A program made the translations under genes and the position numbers. Below the pieces are notes generated by a model, which was not told the origin of the DNA, did no database searches, and saw only the letters and a list, made by a program, of their open reading frames with translations. Below are positions 52,191-63,017 of a DNA stretch of 63,287 nt, in pieces. The stretch's first letter is position 1, and every line of letters starts with the position of its first letter. Origin of the DNA: Chiloscyllium plagiosum (taxonomy: Eukaryota); NCBI RefSeq assembly GCF_004010195.1, contig NC_057720.1:6355828-6419114 (forward strand), written 5' to 3'.

Positions 52191-52319
52191 TCTGATTTTG
52201 AAACACCTTGAGTCCTTGCACTCAGTTGAAGTGCTTATCCAAATAGGAGAGGTAGAATCACCAAAGTCAAAAACAGCAGTATATGAAAAGTTAAAACAAG
52301 AATTCTTGCAACACTTTGT

Positions 52320-52630
52320 GGGCGGCACGGTGGCACAGCGGTTAGCACTGCTGCCTCACAGCGCCAGAGACCTGGGTTCAGTTCCTGACTCAGGCGACTG
52401 ACTGTGTGGAGTTTGCACATTCTCCCCGTGTCTGCGTGGGTTTCCTCTGGATGCTTTGGTTTCCTCCCACAGTCCAAAGATGTGCAGGTCAGGTGAATTG
52501 GCCATGCTAAATTGCCCATAGTGTTAGGTAAAGGGGTAAATGTAGGGGAATGGGTGGGTTGGGCTTCGGTGGGTCGGTGTGGACTTGTTGGGCCGAAGGG
52601 CCTGTTTCCACACTGTAAGTAATCTAATCT
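52320..52630 (+). mobile_element. Young HE1 V-SINE
   Basis: CpG-retaining head gggcggcacggtggcacagcggttag, V-domain, (AATCT)n tail. Confidence 0.92.
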
Positions 52631-53571
52631 TGTTTAAAAAAGAGCAAGATTCAGTTTTGTGCGTTTGGAACATTTCCACCTTGGGGACATGCCTATGATA
52701 TTCGAGCTGCTGAGTAAGTGCAAATTGTTGTTGTTGGTGTTGAATCACGGGTGCAGCACATTGCGATCTTGAAGTGTAGCACATGCAAACAAAAAAAACT
52801 ATTTTTCACAGTTTACAATAAGCAAAGAGGTGAGGTTCAAATTTGCTCTGTTTTCCAATGCACTCCAAAATATCCTGTGGTAACATTTTTTTCTGTGGAG
52901 GCTCAGCTCATTCAAGCAGCTAGATAGTTAGACTTCATGAAAGAATCATGTCTTGCCTTCAGCCAAACCACATCAGAGCTCATAAAGCATGCAACCATTT
53001 TTGTAAGCGAGCACCTGGGAAACAAACAATACTGTTTTTTTTCAGAGAAAAGAAAGCTACGAACATTTTTAATTACCAGTTTGGCAGAATCTCAGACTAT
53101 ATTGCAATGGAATTGTTTGCGGAGTTGCAAAGTGATCTGATTTAGTTTTTAACTCCTTCAAGCTGTGAGTCTGTCAGTTTAAAACCTGTTAGTTTGCATC
53201 CCACAACCCAGAACAAGGTAATTCAGTTTATTTTCTTTTAATTTATTTATTTTGTGGGATGTGAGTGTCACTGGCTGGGCATTTATCGCCCGTCCCTAGT
53301 TGCCCTTGAGAAGGTGGCGATGAGCTGCCTTCTTAAACTGCTTTAGTCCACCTGCTGTGGGTTGACCCACAATGCCATTAGGGAGGGAATTCCTGGATTC
53401 TGACCCAGTGACAGCAAATTATTTCCAAGTCAGGATGGTGAGTGGCTTGGAGGGAAACTTGAAGGTGTTGGTGTTTCCAAATATCTGCTGCCCTTGTCCT
53501 TCCAGTTTGAATTGGGCGTGGGTTTGGAAGGTGGTGTCTGAGGATCTTTGGTAATCCTCATGCAGCCCATC

Positions 53572-53695
53572 CTGATGAAGGGCTTTTGCCCGAAACGTCG
53601 ATTTCGAAGCTCCTTGGATGCTGCCTGAACTGCTGTGCTCTTCCAGCACCACTAATCCAGAATCTGGTTTCCAGCATCTACAGTCATTGTTTTTA
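53572..53695 (+). mobile_element. Short PLE family A element starting exactly at the hammerhead core
   Basis: (ATC) CTGATGA A GGGC-TTTT-GCCC GAAAC GTC GAT; 16-bp TSD cctcatgcagc(c/a)catc (53556-53571, 53696-53711). Confidence 0.85.
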
Positions 53696-53804
53696 CCTCA
53701 TGCAGCACATCTTTTCTCTTTGAGAGAATTGCTGAATTATTATCACTCTCATGCTCTTTCTCCATATTTCTGCAGTCTATTTTATCCCCTTTGATGTGTT
53801 TAGA

Positions 53805-54124
53805 GAATCATAGAGTTGTATAGCACAGAAACAGACCCTTCAGTCCAACCTGTCCATGCCAATCAGATATCCCGACTCAATGTAGTCCCATTTGCCAGCA
53901 CCCAGCCCATATCCCTCTAAACCCTTCCTATTCATGTACCATCCAGATGCCTTTGAAATATTGCAATTGTACCAGCCTCCACCAATTCCTCTGGTAGCTC
54001 ATTCCATACCTGTACCACCCTCTGTGTGAAAATGTTGCCCCTTAGGTCTCTTTTATATCTTTCCCCTCTCACCCTAAGCCTATGGCCTCTAGTTCTGGAC
54101 TTCCGACCCCAGTGAAAAGACCAT
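53805..54124 (-). mobile_element. CR1 (HER1-type) 3' end
   Basis: Antisense of the 39650-39965-type tail. Confidence 0.85.
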
Positions 54125-55590
54125 GAAAAAGGTTTAGCGGGTAGGATTAAGGAAAACCCTAAGGTGTTTTACACTTATGTGAGGAACAAAAGGATGGCCA
54201 GAGTGAGGGTAGGGCTGAACAGAGATAGTGGAGGGAACTTGCGTTCGGAGTCAGAGGAGGTAGGGGAGGTCCTTATTAAATACTTTGCTTCAGTATTCAC
54301 TACTGAGAGGGAACTTGACATTTCTGAGGACAGTGTGAAACAGGCTGATATGCTTGAACAGGGTGATGTTAGGAAGGAGAATATGCTGAAAATTTTGAAA
54401 AACCATAAGGATAGATAAAATCCCCTGGGCCAGGTGGGATATACCCAAGGTTACTACAGGAAGCGAGAAGAGATTGCTGTGCCTTTGGCGATGATCTTTG
54501 CAACCTCACTGTCCACTGGAGTAGTGCCAGATGATTAGAGGGTGACAAATGTTATTCCTTTCGAAACACGTTATTCCTAGGAGACAGAGGGTGGCAATAG
54601 ATGGAAAGTATTTGGCCTGAAGCTTAGTGACCAGTGGTGTATACAGGGTCCTTGGCTCTTCGCGATTTTTCTAAATGTCTTGGATGAGGAAGCGGAAGGA
54701 TGGTTTAGTAAGTTTGCTGATGACATGAATGTTGGTGGAGTTGTGGATAATGTGGAGGGCTGTTATAGGTTGCAATGGGACATTGACAGGATGCAGAGAT
54801 GGGCTGAGAAGTGGCAGATGGAGTTCAACCTGGAAAAGTGTGAAGTGATTCATTTTGGAAGATTGAATTTGAAATCAGAATACAGGATTAAAGGCAGGAC
54901 TCTTGGCAGTGTGGAGAAGCAAAAGGATCTTGGGATCATGTCCATAGATCCCTCAAAGTTGCCACCCAGATTGGTAGGGTTGTTAAAAAGGCAAATGGTG
55001 TGTTGGTTTTCATTAGCAGGGGGCTTGAGATTAAGAGCTGCAAGGTTAAGCTGCAGCAGCCCTGGTTAGATCACACTTGGAATATTGTGTTCAGTTCTGG
55101 CCACCTCATTACAGGAAAGATGTGGAAGCTTTAGAAAGAGTGCAGAGGAGATTTACCAGGATGCTGTCTGGACTGGAGGATGTGTCTTATGAAGAAAGGT
55201 TGAGGGAACTAGAGCTTTTCTCATTGGAGCGAAGAAGGATTTCTTGATAGAGGTGTATGAGAGGGATAGATTGAGTGGGTAGCCAGAGACTTTTTCCATG
55301 GTGGAAATTTCTTTCCAAGGAGGCATAACTTTAAGATGATTGAAGGAAGGTTTAGGGGCAATGTCAGAGGTAGGTTCTTTACACAGAGAGGGGTGGGTGC
55401 ATGGAATGCATTGCCAGTAATGGTAGTAGAGTCAGAGACATTAGGGACATTTACACGACTCTTGGATAGGCACATGGAAGATAGTTCAATGAAGGGTCTC
55501 TAGGTTAGTTTGGTCTTAGTGTAGGATAAAAAGCTAGCACAACATTGAGGGCTGAAAGGCCTGTACTGTGCTGTAGTGTTCTATGTCCTA
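54125..55590 (+). mobile_element. CR1 ORF2 fragment with internal deletion
   Basis: FYTYVRNKR...YFASVFT, KFADDMNV, WAEKWQMEFN; ttctatg tail. Confidence 0.88.
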
Positions 55591-55591
55591 T

Positions 55592-55820
55592 TTAGAGTCG
55601 AGAGTATGGTGCTGGAAAAGCACAACAGGTCAGGCAGCATCCGAGGAATAGGAGAATCGGTGTTTCAGGCAAAAGCCCTCCATCCTGATGAAAGTTTCTT
55701 GCCTGAAACGTCAATTCTCCTGCTCCTCGGATGCTGTCTGACCTGTTGTACAGGACATTGGTCAGGCCTCCAGCACCATACTCTCGACTATAATATCCAG
55801 CCTCATCAGTCCTCATTTCC
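55592..55820. mobile_element. Inverted PLE family A pair
   Basis: Minus and plus termini meet at the hammerhead heads (about 55680). Confidence 0.75.
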
Positions 55821-55834
55821 ATCGTTTTTCTATG

Positions 55835-56390
55835 TACCCGATCCATGCCCCTCATGATTTTATAAACCTCTATAAGGTCACCCCTCAGCCTCTTATGCTC
55901 CAGGGAAAACAGCCCTAGCCTGTTCAGCCTCTCCCTATAATTCAAATCCTCCAACCCTGGCAACATCCTTGTAAATATTTTCTGAACCCTTTCAAGTTTC
56001 ACAACATCTTTCCAATAGGAAGGAGACCAGATTTGCAGGCAATCTTCCAACAGTGGCCTAATCAATGTCCTGTACAGCCGCAACATGACCTCCCAACTCC
56101 TGTACTCAATACTCTGACCAATAAAGGAAAGCATACCAAACGCCTTCTTCACTATCCTATCTACCTGCGACTCCACTTTCAAGGAACTATGAACCTGTAT
56201 TCCAAGGTCTCTTTGTTCAGCAACATTCCTCAGGACCTTACCATTATGTGTAGAGGTCATGTCCTGATTTACCTTTCCAAAGTGCTGCACCTCACATTTA
56301 TCTAAATTAAACTCCAACTGCTACTCCTCGGCTCATTGGCGTTTCTGATTAAGATCCCTTGGTACTCTCAAGTAACCTTCTTCACTGTCT
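55835..56390 (-). mobile_element. CR1 RT C-terminal fragment
   Basis: MEFNLDKCEV...RDLGIQVHSSLK...LRGDLIEVYKIMRG. Confidence 0.9.
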
Positions 56391-56721
56391 AATGTTTATT
56401 CAATATCTAACCATTTAGCACTGCTAACTTCCTTCTTTGGGGCAGTGTGCTCCAGTTTCTAACAATTTGTTGAGAAAAATATTCTGCTCACTGCATGCCT
56501 CCCCCAGGATTTTTATTTTGAAAAGTGATTGCCATTGCTCCAAACAAAGACTCTTCTGACGAAGGGCTCTGTCAGACTTACGGTGTTATTCTGGTTTCTC
56601 TCTCCCTCGATGTTGTTCGACCTGCTAACATTCTCCAGCATTTTCTGCTTTATTTCCATTGTCTTGAATTAGTCCTTTGAAGTTTAAAATTTTTACATTG
56701 GCGAACACACTAATAACAAAG

Positions 56722-57082
56722 TGAGTTTGAGAAGATTTGTAGCTCAGGTTGAGGTTCTGGATGTAGATTTGCTCACTGAGCTGGAAGGTTCATTTCCAGA
56801 TGTTTCGTCACCCTACTAGGTGACATCTTCAGTGGGCCTCCGGGCGAAGCACTGCTGCCAATTCCTGCTTTCTATTTATATGTTACAGCTTCTTTGGGTT
56901 GGTGATGTCATTTGCACACCACAGGAAATGACATCGCCAGCACAAAGAAACCCAAACATATAAATAGAAAGCAGGAATCAGCAGCAGTGCTTCGCCTGGA
57001 GGCCCACTGAAGATGTTACCTAGTAGGGTGACGAAACGTCTGGAAATGAACTTTCCAGCTCAGCGAGCAAACCTACAGCCAG
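56722..57082. mobile_element. Inverted pLTR pair of PLE family D with two hammerhead motifs
   Basis: About 155-bp inverted arms; 15-bp TSD acactaat(a/g)aca(a/t)ag (56707-56721, 57083-57097); motifs at 56796-56835 (-) and 57004-57043 (+). Confidence 0.88.
57004..57043 (+). ncRNA. Minimal hammerhead ribozyme motif (family D), all stems intact
   Basis: CCA CTGAAGA T GTTACC-TAGTAG-GGTGAC GAAAC GTC TGG. Confidence 0.82.
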
Positions 57083-57374
57083 ACACTAATGACATAGCGA
57101 CAAATCTGAAAGTGTTTTCAGACATCCAAGAAAGCAACACCCAACAATATTTCACACCAAGCCATGTAAAAAGGCATTAGAATTATTTTTCCTAATGCCA
57201 CATGAACTACACTGGTTCAAAAAGATGGCTCAAGGGCAGTTAGGGATGTGAAACAATACTGGTCCAGCCAACGTTGGTCCCACATTCAATGAAATAGTAT
57301 GTTTATTTTAAAAAGACATGTCATATAATCTTATATATAATAGAATGCCTTTTCTAAAAGCCAGCCCTCCTCAA

Positions 57375-57730
57375 GGAGGTGATGGCTCAGTGATATTATC
57401 ACTAGACTGTCAATCCTGAGGCCCAGGCAATGGTCTGGGAACCTGGGTCCAAAGCTCACAATGGCAGATGGTGGGAATTTGATTTTTTTTTAATTATGGA
57501 ATTATGAGTTTAATGATGATAACAAAGCTGTTGTCAGTTGTTGGAAAAGCCCACTTGGTTCACTAATGCCCTTTAGGGAAGGAAACTGCCATCCTTACCT
57601 AATCTAGCCTAAGTGTAACTCCAGACCCACAGCAATGTGGTTGACTCTTAACTGCCCTCTGGGCAATTAGGGATGGGCAATAAATGCTGGCCTAGCCAGC
57701 AATGCCCTCATCCTGTGAGTGAATGAAAAC
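57375..57730 (+). mobile_element. Second-family SINE, near complete (antisense copy at about 60815-61160)
   Basis: tRNA-like head (tggctcagtg...gggtccaaa), conserved body, tail gggcaattagggatgggcaataaatgctggcctagccagc...gaatgaaaa. Confidence 0.75.
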
Positions 57731-59379
57731 ATAAGGTGCCTTTGGGGTAAGAGGTAGTTTTAAGGGTTATCTTAGACAAGAGGGAAGTGGACAGAGAAAG
57801 TGTGTAAGGACTTTCCACAGCTAAGAGTATGGATTGCTGAGCATGTGGCATCAAATGGATAAACAGTTTCAGCACGGGATGCACAAGAGATCAGAACAGG
57901 AGAGATACAGAGATAGCAAAGAGTAGCAGACTGGTCACAGTGGTTACAGAGATAGGGAGGAGAGCTCGAAGGGAAAGGATTTACAATTTAAACATCTTCA
58001 CAGAACATTCAACTGTGTTAAGCATCTCAATTGCATTGGTTCATCGTCAGCATTCCAATTTCTTTTGGATCTTCTTTGGTGAGTTTCAATTTGAGGTTGA
58101 AATTATTTCCATCAGTATTGTGAACAATCGCAAAGTTTTACCGCTCTCGCTGTCTGCCATTTAAAATATAAATCTAACTAAAACAGGATTGAAGTTAGCT
58201 GCACCACACAATCCTCTGTATGTTCACAACCAAAGCATGCTGCTGCATATAAATGCACTCCAGTAACAATGCGCCCTCGTTCAGTCCCATTTGGTGTATA
58301 ACTGGAATGCAGATGATAAATGCGCTCTCTGGGCAGGCGTTTTGTTGAGCATCTCTTTACTTAGTGCCAGTTGGTGAGGAATAAAAGGGCGACATTGTAG
58401 TACACAAGAAAACATCTCCCCTTTCAACAGTTACAACAGTGCAGCTCCTTCGAAAACAAAAATACAAGAATGTGGCCTTGTCGTTGAGTAATTAGTGCGA
58501 CTGCCAATGTCAAGGAAAGAAAAAGTTGTTTCAAAGGAACTTAAGATGACAAGGGAATGGAGAGAGCAGGCTTCTGTATTTTTTTTTGAAGGTTTCTCTC
58601 TGGTGCTATTGTTTGCTTTTTCCCCTGAATGGTTGTCTGAAGGACTGAAGCAAAATGTCAGGGACGTGTCATATTTGGTCAGGAGCTCAGTTTGTCTGAA
58701 GAGAATTTTTTTGAATGCTCTGAAAAATACAACGGTAAATCATTGACATGTTTGTAGCTTCTAGTTGACAAGCAGAGAGAGCATCTGTCTGTAAAATTGA
58801 GTTTTTTTTTAGTTGACATCTCCAGAGACCGTGCAGCTACACTTTACTACTGTGATGTGTCAGATATAAATTGGTAAAAGTTTAATACAAAATAGATCTC
58901 TCTATATATGTTATCCATATCAGTGTGTGTGTGGATACATATAAAAATAGGATCAGATAAGATTTCAAATTTCTGCAATCTGTTGCCGTGATTATTTCAT
59001 ACTTTAAGTTTGTTAGGAAGTAAATAATTTTACATAACTAAAATTTTTCTCCTTCTAAGTACATAACTATTCACTTCAAATAATTGTAGAGAAGGAATAT
59101 CACAAAACAAAAATTCTAAAAGCACAACAATTTGGTGTAAATGCATCTCCCATTCTTCACAAAAAAAAACCAAAATGCCGTGGACAGTGAATATCTGAAA
59201 TTAAGAAAGAGAAAATATTGAAATAATTGTAAAGTTTTACAGGAGAGAGAAACAGACTTATAACTGGTCTCTGAGCAAATGTTCTCGTTTATGTCTAAAA
59301 TAAGCAACTCTTCTTGAAATCAAAATTAGGAGAGACTGGTCAATAAATTAAAATCTCATGGGATGGAACAAAGACAAGT

Positions 59380-60055
59380 TTACGAGCCTGATTCCTGGGA
59401 TGGCAGGACTGATGTCGGAAGAGAGTCTGGATCTGTTAGAACTATATTCACTGGAGTTTAGAAGAATGAGGGGTATCTTATAGAAACCTATAAAACTCTA
59501 ACAGGACCAGACAGGTTAAATTCAGGAAGGATATTTCCAATGACTGGGGTCTCTGAACAGTCTAAGGACATAGGGTAGGCCATTTAGGATTAAGATGAGG
59601 AGAAATTTCTTCACCCAAAGACTGAGGAGCCTGAAGAGTTCTCTGCCACATAAATCTGTTGAGACCAAGACATAATGATCCAGACCCATTTCCCTCTGAC
59701 TAATGCACCTAGCACTATGGGCAATTTAGCATGGCCAACTCACCAGCACATCTTTAGATTGTGGGAGGAGACACAAGGAGAATGTGTAAACTCCTCACAG
59801 ACAGTCACCTGAGACTGGAATCGAACCTGGGGCCCGGGTGCTGTGAGGCAGTAGTGCTAACCACTGTGCCATCATGCTGCCCCTTTTCAGGATGGAGTTA
59901 GATATAGTTTTTTCGACTAAAGGGATCAATGAGTATAAGAAGAGAGCAGGAACAGGGGACTGAGTTGAATGATCACCCATGGTCATATTGAATGCCAGAG
60001 CAGGCTCGAAGGGCTGAATGGCCTCCTTCTGCTCATATTTCTATGTTTTTATGTT
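59380..60055 (+). mobile_element. CR1-group 3' end split by an antisense HE1 SINE (about 59678-59882)
   Basis: ctatattcactggagtttagaagaatgagggg...agaaatttcttcaccca; the SINE head is antisense at 59800-59882. Confidence 0.8.
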
Positions 60056-61194
60056 AAGTTGGATTCAAAATGGACATGGTCAAGAGGTTTGTATGTGACT
60101 GGAAAGTTGTTTCAAGTATGGTTCCTCAGGGTTTAGTGCTCTTGGTCTGTGCTACATAGGTGACTGATTCAGATCTAAAGGACAAGAGGCGTGATAAAGA
60201 AACTTGAAAAATGAAATACTGTTTGTTGATAGGAGTAAACTTCAGGAAGATGATAATGACAGGTCAAATGACAAATGAAGTTCAATTTGGAGAATTGGGA
60301 GGGGGAGTTGATAGGGAACAAAGGGAACAAGTCAAGGCAGTACACAATAAATGGGAGATAATGAGAAGTTAAAATGAAGAGGGGTGGTCCATGGAGGGCA
60401 CATTCACGAATCCCTGATGAAAGCAGACTGATTAATTCCAAAGTTTCTGACTCTTGTCTCTGAATCAGAGCATCATGTGTTGAAGGCTCACTTGAGAGAG
60501 ATTAGAAAAAAATATCCAGGCTGACACTTCTGGTGCAGTACTGAAGGGGTGCTACACCGTTATGGAGAGTTCCTGAACCCTACTGAACTCCTCAACTTTG
60601 TCTAATCCTTCTGCCAAAAGACCAGACTTTGAGGAGAACGATCATTCCTGAAGGTCATGAGGCTGGAGGAAGTGACCAATAGGGATCAGTGAGGCCATGG
60701 AGGAAGTTGAAAAGAAGGATAAGGATTTTTCAGACTGGCAAGTCTCCTGATGACACATAGAAATGAATTAAATAGTAATACATTAGATAAAGTTGATTAT
60801 CTCCCCTCGGTCATTTTTTTTATTCATGAGGGTGTCATTGGTAGGTCAACATTTATTGCCCATTGTTAATTGCCCAAAGGGAAGTTAAGAATCAATCCTG
60901 TTACTGTGGGTCTGGAGTCACATGTACGTCAGACAATGTAAGGACAACAGATTCCTTCCCTATTGGAGATTCCTGAAATAGGCAGGTGTTTAAAACACTC
61001 AACAATGGTGGCATGGTTGCCTTAGGAGAGCTTTTTATTTTTATTCCTGGCTTTTATTGAATTCAGACTCCAGCAGTGGGTTTCAATCATATGTCCACAA
61101 AGCATTGAACTGGGGTCCTGGACGACTAGCCTAGTGACATTATCAGTACACCTTGCCTCCCCTAGTTTTGGTGCACTGGTGGTTTGCAGTAAAC

Positions 61195-62990
61195 AATAGA
61201 ACATCGAACATCAAACAGTACAGCACAAGAACAGGCTTTCAGCCCATTGTGTCTACATTGATCATGTTGTCATTCTAAACCAACCCCATTTACCTGAATA
61301 TGGTCCATATCCCTCTATTCCCTGCCTGCGTATGTGTCTCTAAATGCTTCTTAAATGTTGTTATCATATCTGCTTCTACCACCTTCCCTGGCAGCGTGTT
61401 CCAGGCACCCACCATCCACTGCATTAAAAACCCTTATGCACCTACTTTAGACTTATTCCCCTTAATATGTGACAATTTCCCCCTGTGAAAGAGACTTGAC
61501 TATCCACCTGACCCAAGCCTCTCGTAACTTTATATTCTTCTGTCAGGTTGCCCCTCAAACTCCAAGACTCTTGCAAACACAATCCAAGTTTGTTCAACTT
61601 TCCGTACTGATAAAACACTCCAATCCAGGCAACATCCTGGCAAACCTTTTTTTGCATCCTTTAGAAGTCTCTATATCCCTCCTATAGTGTGATGACAAGA
61701 ACTGCACACAAGACTCCAAATGTGGTCTGACCAAAGTCTTGCACAGGGTAAAAACAATGACTGCAGATGCTGGAAACCAGATTCTGGATTAGTGGTGCTG
61801 GAATAGCACAACAGTTCAGGCAGCATCCAAGGAGCAGTAAAATCGACGTTTCGGGCAAAAGCCCTTCATCAGGAATAAAGGGTGGAGAGATAAGCTAGAG
61901 GCACGGTCGGGGTGGGGAGAAAGTAGCATAGAGTAGGGAGCGGCGGTGAAGGAGGCCCAGGACCTCCATGTCCTCGGCAGAGTGGGAGGGGGAGTTGAAA
62001 TATTGGGCCACAGGGCGGTGTGGTTGGCAGAGTGGGAGGGGGAGTTGAAATGTTGGGCAGCAGAGTGGGAGGGTCTTACACAGTTGCAACATGATTTGTC
62101 AACCTTTATACCTCACCCTAAGATCCCTCTCTGTATCGGTGCTCTGGTCTTGTCATTAACTATGTACTTTCCTCTTGAATGTGAACTCCCACAATGCATC
62201 ACCTCACACTTGTCCAGATTAACCTCAGCTGTCATTTCTCCACCCAACTTTCCAAATGAACTACACCCTTTGATAATCTTCCTCAATGTTCACAACATCA
62301 CTGATATTTGTTTCATCTGCAAACTTACTAACTACCCCATCTAGAATCTAACCCAAATCATTTATATAAATTATAAACATATGTTCCCAACACTGATCTT
62401 TGTGGTACACCACTGGTCACAGGCCTCAAGTCAGGAAAACATCCCTCCACACCTACCCTCTGTCTTATATGATCAAGCCAACCTACCAACTCACTGTTGA
62501 ATGCATTGACTAAATCTTCTGGACCAGCCTATCATGATGTATCTTGTCAAATGTTTCAGTAAAGTCAAATGTCATACTCTCGTCAATCATCTGCCATGTC
62601 CTGAAAAAAGCTCAATCATATTTATGACTCAAGACCTCCCCCACAAAAGCTATGCTGACTCTCCCTTGGAAGTCTATTATTTTCCAAACCTGAGTAAATC
62701 CTGTCTCGAAGAAGCTTTTCCAGTAATTTCCCTACCATGACTCTATGACTCTAATCTGAGATTCAGATTTCCTGGAGTATCCCTTTTGCACTTCTTGAAC
62801 AAAGGAATTATTCTCCAATCTTCTGGGGCCTAACCTGTAGCTAAAGATTTCTGTCAAGGCCCTGGGAATTTCCTCCCTCATTTCCCTTAGTATCCTGTGA
62901 TAGATCCCATCAGGCCCTGGGGACTTATCTACCTTAATGTTTTTGCAAGACACTCAACATCTCCTCCTTCTTAATATTAACATGCCCTAG
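61195..62990 (-). mobile_element. Older CR1 LINE (RT region to 3' end)
   Basis: Minus frames KVDKSPGPDGIYHRILRE and LRGNLTEEYK; antisense tail at 61195. Confidence 0.8.
61747..62072 (-). mobile_element. PLE family A insertion with GIY-YIG remnant and intact hammerhead core (61841-61876)
   Basis: Minus frame RPVAQYFNSPSHSAEDMEVLGLLH; ATTC CTGATGA AGGGC TTTT GCCC GAAAC GTC GATT; 11-bp TSD gtctt(g/a)cacag (61736-61746, 62073-62083). Confidence 0.88.
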
Positions 62991-63017
62991 AATAGCAACA
63001 TAGGCCTTCCTAATCTT

